Shown here one piece after another: positions 50,568 through 62,064 of a stretch of DNA of 64,000 nt (position 1 is its first letter; every line of letters begins with the position of its first letter). The stretch is from Ramazzottius varieornatus. Lineage: Eukaryota; Animalia; Tardigrada. The notes under the pieces were generated by a model. The model ran no database searches, was not told the origin of the DNA, and saw only the letters and a list, made by a program, of their open reading frames with translations. The stretch covers positions 3,107,267 to 3,171,266 of the forward strand of contig BDGG01000004.1 of the NCBI GenBank assembly GCA_001949185.1, in the 5' to 3' direction. The position numbers and the translations under genes were made by a program.

Positions 50568-52917
50568 ACGAGGGGATTATGCTTGTCCTCCGCCTTTCTG
50601 AAATATTCTGACATGATAGAATGATAGAGACGAGTCTGCTCTATCGTCTGAAACAGGCGTGGCTTGCGCAATGAAATCCTGGAAGACACTACAGGAACCG
50701 GAAGTGACGTCAAAATCTGGGCGGTACCCACCTATTGATTTTATCGACCTCACGTATTATGCGAAACTCAACTTCAGATTGTCGAGGAAGAAATCTTACA
50801 GAAATGATATTCTTCGTAAAAGTGGTGGAAGCATGAAGGAGTTTTACACCATCCACATTTCAGAAGCAAGGAACGCTCACACGTATCATGGTCACAACGA
50901 CCAGTCAGTCCTTGGAAACAGAATTCTGTGGGAAACAGAATTCTACGGACTTGTCGATATAACCTGACAAATGCTAAGCTCGAGCAATGAGGTTAGAAAA
51001 TCTCGGAGAAGTAAACTGCTGGTAAATCATTTTCAGAAAATAAAATGCATTTCCAATATGACGTCCCGATGGTGGACTTGAAACGGCTGATTGTTCAAGA
51101 ATATCCAGTTCGAAAACTTCCTGAAATACCCCTTGTACATCCGGAAGCAAAGAACGTCCAGTGGTTGAATCTGACCGGTGAATCTAGGTGGTATGGTGAT
51201 CATTTCATATTCCGGTTTGACTTCGTCTACGGCTTCTTAGTCAGAAAACGACGACCAAGAATCAGCAAGGAAGATACAGTACTGACTCATGTGCGAAAAG
51301 AAAACCTTCTCGCACCATTCGATGTGGAGCTCCTTGGTCATCTTGCCAGACGTAAAAGCAGTGGCATACAGGTTACTAGCTCTAAACATGGACTTTTCTA
51401 CAAGTGGTCTGAAGATTTCTTTGGGTTCTTGCAGCGTGATGAAGTGAACTTGCAGAAACTTGAGCGGAAACACCTGGTGCAACGCACATCATAACCGTGT
51501 AGCCGTGAGTCATCGAGTTCTGTGACCGTGTGAGTGCCGAAACGTGCTTTGCACCGACGAAATCCAGAGTTCGACCTGGTCTCATCCCGTACTCGAATCC
51601 ACTGTGATTAGCATTCCACAGACAGTCTTTCCCGTACGCCTGGACTCTTTCTCTGATCACAGCAACACACTCTTCGGCACTCTTCTTCCTGTCCGGTACC
51701 TGTTTCAGGTACTTTTCGGTGACAAACCTCGTGACTTTTCTGGCGCAGATGTTATAGTATCCACAAACGTCGAAAACTTAAACGTTATTGAGTAAATGAT
51801 CATGTCTGACATTATCGTTACTTTTTGAACTTTCCAACCCAATGAGGAGGAGCTGTGAAACCGGAAAGTCCAATCTCAAGGTTAGCTGTTACTGCCCACT
51901 GCTGAATACCCGAATCTTCCGCTACGTTATGCTTTTGCTTGGCAAGAAAGAACTTCTTTCCTGTCTCCAGTCGTATCGCTTCCAGCTTATCGATCCGCGA
52001 GCCTCATTCCCCAACGTGATTTCTCCATTCTCTCAGCTGGCGAGTACTGGTGACTTTCCTAAACTTGTCCTACACACTTGTCAGGCTGCGACGCTTCTTG
52101 GAAGAGATATTGGTCCACTAACCAACAGCAAGTTTTTGTTGGCAAAATCAGCAGCCTGGTTTGGTGCCACTTTCGGATTCGGGATTCGGGGTACTAACAC
52201 CTCATGGGAAAAACGTTCTGTTCCACTTGAAGCAGGTTCGATAAGGCGATCCTTCGGAGTGGATTCGAAGTCTGCTTCGCTATGTCCACGGAACAGGTGG
52301 TTTTAGCGATAGACTTTCCCAGCTGATCGGACGTCGACACGCCAATCAGGAGCTCATACTGAAGATTTTCTTCAGTGGCCGATATCGAACTTCCGTCTTG
52401 GTCGATCTGGACGTCTAAAAAGTCTGTAAGCACAAGACCAAACCTGAGATATGCTTTGTGAAATCGACATAATTGTAGAAGTTTACAGTACTCGTACCTT
52501 TGATGAGTGTCTTCAACATCGTGTCAGATTCGCTCGGAGAGTCGCTCAGTTGGAAATGTTGCTCGTAGTCTGACAGCAGTAGGTTTAAGATGTTGAAGGG
52601 ATTAACGGATTCCATGGCGCTATCGGGAGGAGCAGAAGAAAGGAAAGAAAACTTCTCAGCACAATTTATTAGCTTGTATTCTAAAGCAAAGCGCAACTTT
52701 GTCAATCAATAACAAATTAACAACACTGAAATCAAACCGCTTTATTGAATAAACCATGTACCGCTCATGTTTGAACGTCATCTCCGACTCCTGTAGTGTC
52801 TTCCAGGATTTCATTTCGCAAGCTACGCCTGGATCAGACGATAGAGCAGACTCGTCTCCATCATTCTATCATGTCAGAATATTTCAGAAAGGCGGAGGAC
52901 AAGCATAATTCCCTCGT
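50568..52917 (-). mobile_element. Tc5/pogo-like (Tc1/mariner superfamily) DNA transposon with ~145 bp TIRs and a pseudogenised DDE transposase
   Basis: 50568-~50714 is the reverse complement of ~52770-52917 (end ACGAGGG...). Transposase fragments: WNANHSGFEYGMRPGRTL, THGYTVM, FITLQEP, TSGKMTKELHIEWCEKVF, FLADSWSSF, IPPRFTGQIQPLDV. Confidence 0.88.
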
Positions 52918-53291
52918 TGTTGTATTCGTAAACTGACTCTATCAGTGCCATATCACATGAACATATAATATTATCCTAACGTTATTTTTCGAACGCAGCT
53001 CATGCCATATAATATGATGCGTGAGTCACGTGACCCTTTCAACATGTGACTTTAGACGAGTGTATTGTTCTGTTTCGTAACCCAAACATTACCAAAATTT
53101 CTGTTCATCTCATGTAAGGTCATCATATCATGCCAGGGACCGATATTCACGTACGTCACTCCATTCAAAGTATAAAACTAGACGGTAAGATCCCAATGAT
53201 TTGAGAGTCAGTGACGGACGTGAATTTCGGGAGAGCATACAGTAGACTAGACCTTCCTCAGTTTAGGCTCCACCCCTTTTCTAATATACAG

Positions 53292-53476
53292 TATATAGAT
53301 TGCGAGCGAAAGCGCACTAGCACAATTCGTAACATACAGAAACATCGTGAGGTCATATGTAAACATTGTGCGACTTTTTTAACACAGAGCCTACGAGACG
53401 AACTTGTTCCCATGATGTCACAATGCTTCTGTGCGTATCGAATTGTGCCAGTGCACTTTCGTTCGCAATCTCTATA
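53292..53476. mobile_element. ~185 bp MITE-like inverted repeat directly upstream of NADK
   Basis: Left TATATAGATTGCGAGCGAAAGCGCACTAGCACAATTCG... versus reverse complement of the right end TATAGAGATTGCGAACGAAAGTGCACTGGCACAATTCG...; arms ~65 bp. Confidence 0.75.
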
Positions 53477-53645
53477 GTTTTCGCAATCCGTTGTTGTGAT
53501 TTTTGACATAACGCATTTCCCTGACGGCCTGACCTCCGGTTGCGTTCTCTCTCTAGATCTCATCCTTAGTCCCTGACTCAGACCCTGAACAGAGTCATCC
53601 CTACCGTCGTTTCTGTAATGCTGTGATTGCGAGTTGTAGGCAACC

Positions 53646-56480
53646 ATGAACTCTGGAGGAGATCGTTTGTTGGTGGACGTAGCATCGCCGGACGCACCGC
53701 TGAAAGATTACGACAGTGATTTGAATTCAAGTGTGCTGAACGAGCAGATAAGTTCATCGGAGCGCGAGGATGAACTCGGACGCCTGCGGTCGTCGACGCT
53801 GCCCAATGGCACCAAGGACAGGCTTCTTAGCCTACTGACGGTCAATCTCAACGGGATGGAGAGCAAGACCACACCTATGAAGAACATCCAGACGCGCCTC
53901 TTAGAAGAGCTAAACGCCAGGTAAACACGCGATTTCTGTCGCTCCGTCGCCTCCTCCATCGCTATAGACGCATGCTGCTAAGTCAGTACGGGGAACTTCT
54001 GCCGGATACCTGTGTGAACGAATAGTTGGCTGTAGAGGATGTGGGGTCTTGAGATATCATAGTCTTATTTGGACTCGTCTTGCAGTTGCAACTGCCTCGG
54101 AAAGAGCCGAAGCAACCGGAAGTGAAAGTTTAGAATTACTGCACTTCCGGTGCAATCGAGCCTGTAGGTTGAAGTAATGATGGAGATCGTTATCTTTGAT
54201 CTTGGAAGCACTGTACGGCTCGGTGCATCGTTGGTTATGTCAGCGCATTGTTAGCGAGTGTCGCTCTGGAATCACGAACCCGTGTACAAGCGCCAGGTTT
54301 CTGCCTTGAAATACTTAACTCTCGGAAGCAGCATTCTGGAAGTGTGGGAGTGTGTCACTCGCGGCGAACTTCGATCAAACTGCAAACCCAAACCTTTTAT
54401 ACTCGTATTCTGTTGTCAATATACTAGTACAGAATGAGGAACTGGTTCTTGTGGTGCGCCGTTTGACTGATCAGCGACCCAGTGTTGACTTGGCACATCA
54501 GCGCTTTCGCTTTTTGTACATTACGGAACCCTCTGGCAATTATTTGGTAACAGCACAGACGATTAACCATAATGTTTTTCTTTCCTGGTAGGCGGCCCAA
54601 ATCTTTGGCTGGACCCAGTCCTGTAAGTTTTCCTTCTTACCAGTAGAATATAGAGAGCTTCATCTCATTATTGGTGCTTGTCAGTCGCCCGCAGTCGTTC
54701 ACGTGCTCCGTACAGCCTGTTGGGCTTCTCGTGGGTCTTGATGCGAACCATGGGGAGACTGAAGCACCTTGTGGACAAATACGATTTGCTTGTCTTTCCG
54801 CAGAACTATCGCTTCGGTCCGAAAGCCCATCTGTTGCAACCTGAGCAGCAGCATACCACAACCTTCCACGACCCAGGGGATACCCGTCTGAAATGGAACG
54901 CAACCCCACAAACCGTCTTGGTCATCAAGAAGATCCGCGATGAGGATGTGAAGGAGCCGTTCGTCCAGCTCATTCGGTGCTTGCTAAAGGCAAGCTTTAA
55001 TACACTAACTTGGCAAATATTTTGAGCTTTACTGATTTTGTAAACTTACATCACCTATTAGAGCTTCTATCGGCTTTCAGTTACGTGTAACTGCGTCCCG
55101 TTCTACCTGCAGCACTATACAGTATGAAGTGGGGTCGCTATCATAGTAGATCGAACCATGAAAATTAATGATCAGTATGAGCTGATCGATCGTAATTACG
55201 GAAGTGGTAGTCATATAACCACACGTGAGTCTTGCTGATCGAAGATGGTATTGTCTTTTCAGAAAAACATGCGTGTCCTTGTGGAGAAGTCGGCCCTTTC
55301 GGAACAAAACCTCCTGGCTTGTGAGACCTTTGTCAGCATGAAGGACCAACTAAGCACTTTCATCGAAGGTAAATATCCCAAAACCACAACAGCTTTCAGA
55401 ATCCCTGTTCTCACGATGCTCATCAATCTTTCTTGCAGGGTGTGACAGTTTGAATGGTCTCATCGACTTTATCATATGTCTCGGAGGAGATGGAACCCTT
55501 TTGTACGCCAGTTCGTTGTTCCAGGTAACTTTCCCGTCAACTCGTGTTCTCGTACGTGAACCATAAAAGAGAATGAAGGAGCGAGTTAACCTGTGGCATT
55601 TCAGACGAGTGTTCCTCCAGTCATGGCATTCCACTTGGGTAGCCTGGGTTTCTTGACTCCTTTCGGGTTCGAAGATATTGAAGAAAAGATCGAGAGCGTT
55701 GTCAGTGGACATTCCTACTTAACCTTACGCAGCAGATTACAGTGCGTACTGGACAATACGGAGACACGCGCTAGCCCTGCTCCCGCAGACAGCCCAGTCG
55801 ACGGCTGTGGTCGCGACGGATCCACATTCGTTATACTTAACGATGTGGTGATCGATCGTGGTCCGTCGCCGTACCTTGTCCACATTGATCTCTTCGTAGA
55901 CGGACAGATGGTGACGTCTGTCCAAGGCGACGGCCTAATCATTTCCACTCCGACCGGTAGGTGAACCTTGAGCACTAATCTTGAGCGGAAACAAGATGCT
56001 GAAGCGACTTAGCTTCGAATTTATCTGAAAATTGAAGACCTCTGCTTTATGATCTCATGTACCTGAATACAACCGACAATGCATCTGTCGCAGTTCCAAG
56101 TATGCAGGTGACTTTGATGTGCTGTTTTAGGTAGTACGGCGTATGCTGTGGCGGCTGGTGCGTCCATCATGCATCCAGCTGTCCCAGCGATCATGATCAC
56201 TCCAATCTGCCCGCATTCCTTGAGCTTTCGGCCCATCGTCATTCCAGCAGGGTGCGAGTTGAGAGTGACGGTTTCCGACAACGCGAGGGATCCAGCTTGG
56301 GTGTCTTTCGATGGTCGGAACCGGCAGCAGTTAAGCCGCGGAGACTCAGTCAGGATTACGTCCTCTGTGTACCCTCTGCCCTCGATCTGCGCGGCGGACC
56401 AGATGCAGGACTGGTTCAACGGCTTGGCTGGATGCTTGCACTGGAATGTCCGGAAACCACAGAAGCCATTGCAGCAATAG
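53646..56480 (+). CDS. NADK: NAD+ kinase (cytosolic type), multi-exon, one GC-AG intron
   Basis: RPKSLAGPSP|NYRFGPKA...DPGDTRLKWNATPQTVLVIKK; IDFIICLGGDGTLLYASSLFQ; PPVMAFHLGSLGFLTPF; LNDVVIDRGPSPYL; QGDGLIISTPTGSTAYAVAAG; TPICPHSLSFRP; CLHWNVRK. Confidence 0.97.
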
Positions 56481-57175
56481 CGTTTACCTGCTCGTGCAAC
56501 GTTAGGCTCTGCGCTTGATGGAATAAATATCCCTGTCTTTTCGCCCCGGCTTTTGGCTTTTGAAGGAATATAGTTTTTTATGATGGCTTGTTGCCCCGAA
56601 GTTTTTAGAATTTTATGATACTCGCAAGGAAGACCGATGACCATAGTTGGACCACTGTCCATCGTAATATATCTTTTATATTTTTCAAGGCACTTTTTGG
56701 CATGTTACCGTCTGCTTCGTTTGGGCGTTCGCGCTCACGAAGTAATAAGTTCTTTCGGGAAGCTGGGCTTCGCTGCGCTGAACATTCTGAAATAAAGTTG
56801 ATTTAAGAATCAGGATATGGATTGTCGTTAGGCTGTTTGGCGTTGTCAGTTCTTCTTTGACGTAGAAAGAGCCATTGCCACGGTCGCGCTGAAAAAGATC
56901 GTGCTGAGGAAACTGGAAAGTCTCGTTTCTGCGTGAAAGTACCCAACCACCTGTTGCGTACGTTTTAGCGGGCTTCCGGCCTGAATCTCTCAATCAGCTG
57001 TTTTCGCTAATCAACTTGATCGGTCCCCTTCTGAAAACGTAAACATTGAACAAACTCTAGCGCTCCATCTTTTTTCTCTCTAATTACATGGTTGCATCCT
57101 CAAAGTCTCTCGGTTTGCTGCTCAACCATCTTCCTTTCAGTCGAACAGTGTAGCAACAGAGAGAACGGACACGGG

Positions 57176-60100
57176 ATGTCGCGAGCTTGTTTGTGGAAAC
57201 TCTTTGAGGGAATCGATATGGGAGATATCGAGGCCATATCCGCAAGCACCGTCCTCAGGTACAATTATGCGCTCGCGCGGAAGTTGTAGTTCCTTTTTAT
57301 CTTTGTTCTGTTCGTGGAGGATTGTTTTCCGCCATGTTTCAGGCTGAAGGACGTGGAATCGAAAGAATCGCTCGACTATCTGGATGGGTTATCCTTCGAG
57401 TCATCCAACTTTGAAACCACCACTCTTCAAGACGTCTGCTTCTGCGTACGGTATGACAGTCCTTTCCCTAGAAGCTTTGAAGTGTCTCGGTATCATCAGA
57501 TATTACAAACGCTTTCCTCTTAGCAAACGGCTTCGCAAGCTGCATCATGTGGATAGGGTGCTGGATCGTTCTCGAAACGGTATTACCTTGACAGTTCTGG
57601 TTTACAAATATCATCCTCACTGCCGGAGGCATACGTATATAATTGCTCGTGCTGCAGGTAGACATGTCTATTTGAACGAAACTTTATACTCTACCAGATT
57701 TCTAATACTGCATCTCATCAAAGCGCTTCGACGAATAAAAAGGTAGGATGACTTCTGCTGGCGCTTGTCGCACCGTAATGTTACCAATGCTCGAATTTCC
57801 AGCACAGAGAATGCTGCTTCTTCCCTCCAAGACTTCAATTCTGTACGCACTTGCTGGAAACTACTCAGAGATCTCCTTCTACCTTTCGGATTCTTACATG
57901 AGACGAATACGTCTGCAACAAGAACGAGCGACCAAAGTACGGTACGTATCATCCTTGCAACTTTCTTTTAAGACAGCGAACGTGATTCTTTCACAGAGTC
58001 CCAATCATTATATTGTGATTCGTAGCACACCTCCGAAGTACATCAAATCTATCTGCACTTGCACCTGGAGGTTCTCGGTTTGGTTGCCTTCGGTGCATCT
58101 GAGATCGACCGTCTCTTCCCGCGTAAATAGTTATTCTGAATTGATAATGCAGGCCGTCATTTGAAGAACACTGCATGTTCGTTTCCAGAGTTTTCGGCCA
58201 GCTTGTTGGAAAACCGTGTGTGGCTGAGGAAGCACGGAAATGAAGAAGTCTCAACTCTGAGTCGACACTTGGTGGAATTCTCATTGGAGAATCTTGTCCT
58301 CTTCGCACTCGCCGAGTACAACAAGGTGGATTTCCCTCGGACCAACAGCACCATTAATACTTTCCTTACCAATCCCATGTTGGTGTTTAGTTGCAGAAAA
58401 ACAATTGGCTTCATCTTTTTAGCTCTGTTCCCTATCCGTGCGACTGTTTCTACAAGTCTCTTATGACGATGATTAATCTTCTTAGTCCGACTTTATCCTC
58501 CTCGAACCAGTTCGGCGAACTTATAGTGGCTGTCTGGAAGCATAGGGAGTTCACCAACAAGGACCTGTTTCAAATCGGCGAAGAGATACCCAGTAAGCGT
58601 TCTTCGCCCAGTCTGCTCTTATCAACAGGTTACGATCTTGCCCGTCTTATCTGCAGGGTCGGATGTGCTTTTCATCACGCATCATTTTCCGGAAGGCGAC
58701 CTTCCAGAATCTTGCCTATGGTTTCTGTCACATGTCGCTGCCTTCCTGCGCGAAAAGGATGATGCGGTCGGTGTCGTAGCGATCAAAAATCCGATCGCCG
58801 AGAAAGTATTAACTGAGCGCATTCTGAACCCGATACTTTCACGATTGGTATGTCCACCATGCAACCCCTGTGTTCAATCTGCAGTTTCTTGACCGCAAAC
58901 CTCGTCACTGAGTTTTGTGTACCATCGCAGGACCGAAAGGGAAACGAAGCTGAATGCCGGTATGTGGTAATATGCCTGCAGCGGATACAAGTCATAACAG
59001 GTCCGCAGAACCTTGCGCTTGCAGCTCTCCTGGAGTACTTCTTCCGTCACATCGTGAGTACACGCGCCTGGCCTAACTGTTGGCATGGACAAAACAGTAG
59101 GCAGCCGGCCGAAAGCGGCAATGCACATTAGAATAATTAGATTGAGCTGGCCATTGCCGCTTTCGACCGGCTGCCAACAGTCTTGTCCATGCCAATGCAA
59201 CAGTTAGGCCAGGCGCGTGTGCTGCTCTATACATATCGGTGTTCGCCTTGAAGCAACTTTTGTCGCCAGATCATTGGAACAGTAGACAGGTTCTTCGTAA
59301 GTTGTGACACTGGTCAGACTGATGGCTATTTGGTTTGCAGAATGAGAGCTTCACGCTGTTACAGTCGTCGGTCGAGAACCTGACCGTAATTCCAGATGAC
59401 TGTTTCGTATGGGGGAAGAAGTGGTCCAACGACGACTTCGAGTCAGCGGAAATGTGGTCTCTGGGAAGCACATACCTTTCCTTCCAGCGGTTTGCCCACC
59501 TGCTAGTCTGGGCCATCCACCAGGGTTTTGATACGTGGAAGCGCGTGAAGGGGCGCGTTCTCTCAAAGTTCCACACAAAGTTCTTCAGTACATTAAAAGA
59601 GGCTGGATGGAGCCATGTCTTCGATCTAGTGCTCATCCTAGCCGGCAGAACCAACGACGCCACAGATTTTCCCGCACTGTTCTGCGACGTGGAGTTGAAC
59701 AACAACTGGAAAAGCAAGCAAGATTGTGACAGAATAGCTCTGGTATGGCGAGGGTTCTTCGCGGTCATCGCCGCATGTCAGCAGCGGAAGCTCGAACATG
59801 CTGGCTTGGTCCGCAAAGTCGCTGCAGAATTCGAGTCCTCCGCCAAGTATTGAATATCGCTTTGCATACGGTAGTATATGAGGACAGTTCACATTCTATG
59901 ATTGTGACCAGGGATGTCTTTTCACTTAGGAATCTCCTGAGGTATCGCTCGGATCCTTCGTTATGGAGTCATGCATGGAGCGTTGTCCTCGAGTACCTTC
60001 ACGTTCTTCCTGGTTTCCTGACGCTGAGTCCAAGCTCTCTGACCACGCTGTCAGTCCTGATTAACAGCGGTGTGGCCGAGTTCTTTCAGATCTACGTAGA

Positions 60101-61951
60101 CGAAACCAAGCAAGGGAAGCTGCTTACTCTATTCAGTGATCTCTTAGACGACTACCTGAAAAAGTTCCCCAACTGGTCCTACGCCCTGACAGGAAGCGAT
60201 GGTAGACATCATCAAGCCTTTCTCAGCAGTGCTTTTCTTAGCCTTTTACAGCCAGTCAAGAAACTTCTGTTGAGCAGCAAAACGTTACAGTATCCTGAGT
60301 TGGCAGCATCGATCTGCGCGAAGTGCACATTGTTTGGCTGCGGACCGCAGGCTTTCGGTGGTGTGGCGGACTCACCGACTTCCTTGCTCCAGATGTTCAT
60401 TAGTTCAGTCGATATTCCTTGTTCAGCCTTGGCCATGTACCTTTCTCAGGTTCTTCCACAAGCACAGATCATGGGAATGCTGAAGAAGGACGAAACGACG
60501 GACTCGAATATCGTGAGAAGCTGGGTTCGGAGCGCCCTCGAACTCAGCGCGGAAAACTCGAACGTCAAATCAGTTACATGGTGAATAAAATAAAATATGT
60601 TCAAACAAATAAAACTTAAGGAGGAAAACGCAAAATACAATTAAAATCTGCAGTTGTTCTCATTTAGAAATTGACGCAGTCTGTTTGTAGCTTGGTCAAG
60701 AGACTGCCGGAGCTTTCGGACTTCGACCTGGAATACCTCGAGTACAGCTCCATCTTTCCCACTTTTGTCAGAAGGTGCGGTGAGAACCTGACCAACCAGC
60801 CAGACTACAGTTCGAGAATGGCTTACCAAAGACGATGTCAGATCTACTTCAGCGACCTACACAAGTTTATGCTGAACGTTGTACGGCAGAGCACGTCAGC
60901 GGACCTGATGGATTCCTGTATCGCGAATGGCGGACTGGTCATCCGCCACTGTTATTCCATGCTGTATAACCGCTCGAAAGCCAACACGACTCTCCGTATG
61001 GTTGTGGAAACAGTCCTGGGTGCTTGCGACAACCCGCTGGTGTCGAACGGTTTACGTAGTCACATGTCGCTGTATTTTGGGGCTCTTTGTCAGTTGGACC
61101 TCAAACTGGACCAACAGGCCCGCGAAATCTTTTCGGCTTTCGTGCGGCAGACCTTCCTTCGGTTTTGTTCTTCCCATTCCGTTGACCAACATCCCTTACA
61201 GGTACAGATATTTCTCTGTCGAGGCACTTTCATCCGGCTAGCCCAAAATAACTTCACGTCTGTGTTTCTTCCAGAAGGCGATCGAAGCGGAACAAGGAAC
61301 CCGACCAGATAGCTGCGCTTTCGCTATCCAAGTCCTCTGCAACTCGTTCATGCTGCATGTTGCCTTGCCGCAGAACGCAACGTTAGCGATCCTATTTCTC
61401 CTGAAGCTCATCCCGGTAGTGTTGCCCAGTGTACTCGCTTCTTGCCTGGACACGGTGTTCAACACCAGCGTCGATGTTTACCTGAAGGGGTCCGACAGGT
61501 CGCGAACGGACGCGCAACAGCTGATCATTCTTTCCCTGAATCTCCTACAGACTTGTCAGAACCTCCAGCTTAGGTATGCACTGCATTTTTATGTCGCAGT
61601 ACAGTGGTTGACCTACGAATAATTTGTTCTTCTAGGTCTTCTTTCGCATTGGCTGTGCGAGAGAAGACTCAATCTTCCATGCAGTCCCATCCTGCCAATC
61701 TCTTGGTTTTACTCAACCTTCTCGCGGACGCTGCCCCAGAACTCCTGTACGGAATTACTCCACTTCTCAGCCAGATCGCCAACGGGGTATCTGGATCGAG
61801 CACGCTCTACCAGACCGCAAGAGCCCGGTAAGAGGAATCCTTCCAGGTCCGTTCGCGCGGTTTTACTTACCCAAGAATGTATTTCGTTTGCAGAGAATCT
61901 TACGACGCATTGTTGAAAAAGATCGAACTTACACGCAAAAAGCAACTGTAG
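57176..61951 (+). CDS. MMS22L: MMS22-like DNA repair protein, multi-exon; start approximate
   Basis: HQIYLHLHLEVL; YPCDCFYKSLMTMINLL; LLEYFFRHI|NESFTLL; WKRVKGRVLSKFHTKFFSTLKEAGWSHVFDLVLILA; IVRSWVRSAL. These match my recollection of MMS22L conserved blocks. Stop at 61949-61951. Confidence 0.85.
59060..59220. mobile_element. ~160 bp hairpin MITE inside an MMS22L intron
   Basis: ACACGCGCCTGGCCTAACTGTTG...GGCAGCCGGCCGAAAGCGGCAATG pairs with CATTGCCGCTTTCGACCGGCTGCC...CAACAGTTAGGCCAGGCGCGTGT. Confidence 0.8.
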
Positions 61952-62064
61952 TTTAGTCAACAGAAGTGTTATTACATGCTGTAAAATGTCCACAGAATCA
62001 GTGGATTCGTAACGCATACAGTACTGAACTGGCATTTTTGGAGTGCACTGAATGTCAAGGAGTT

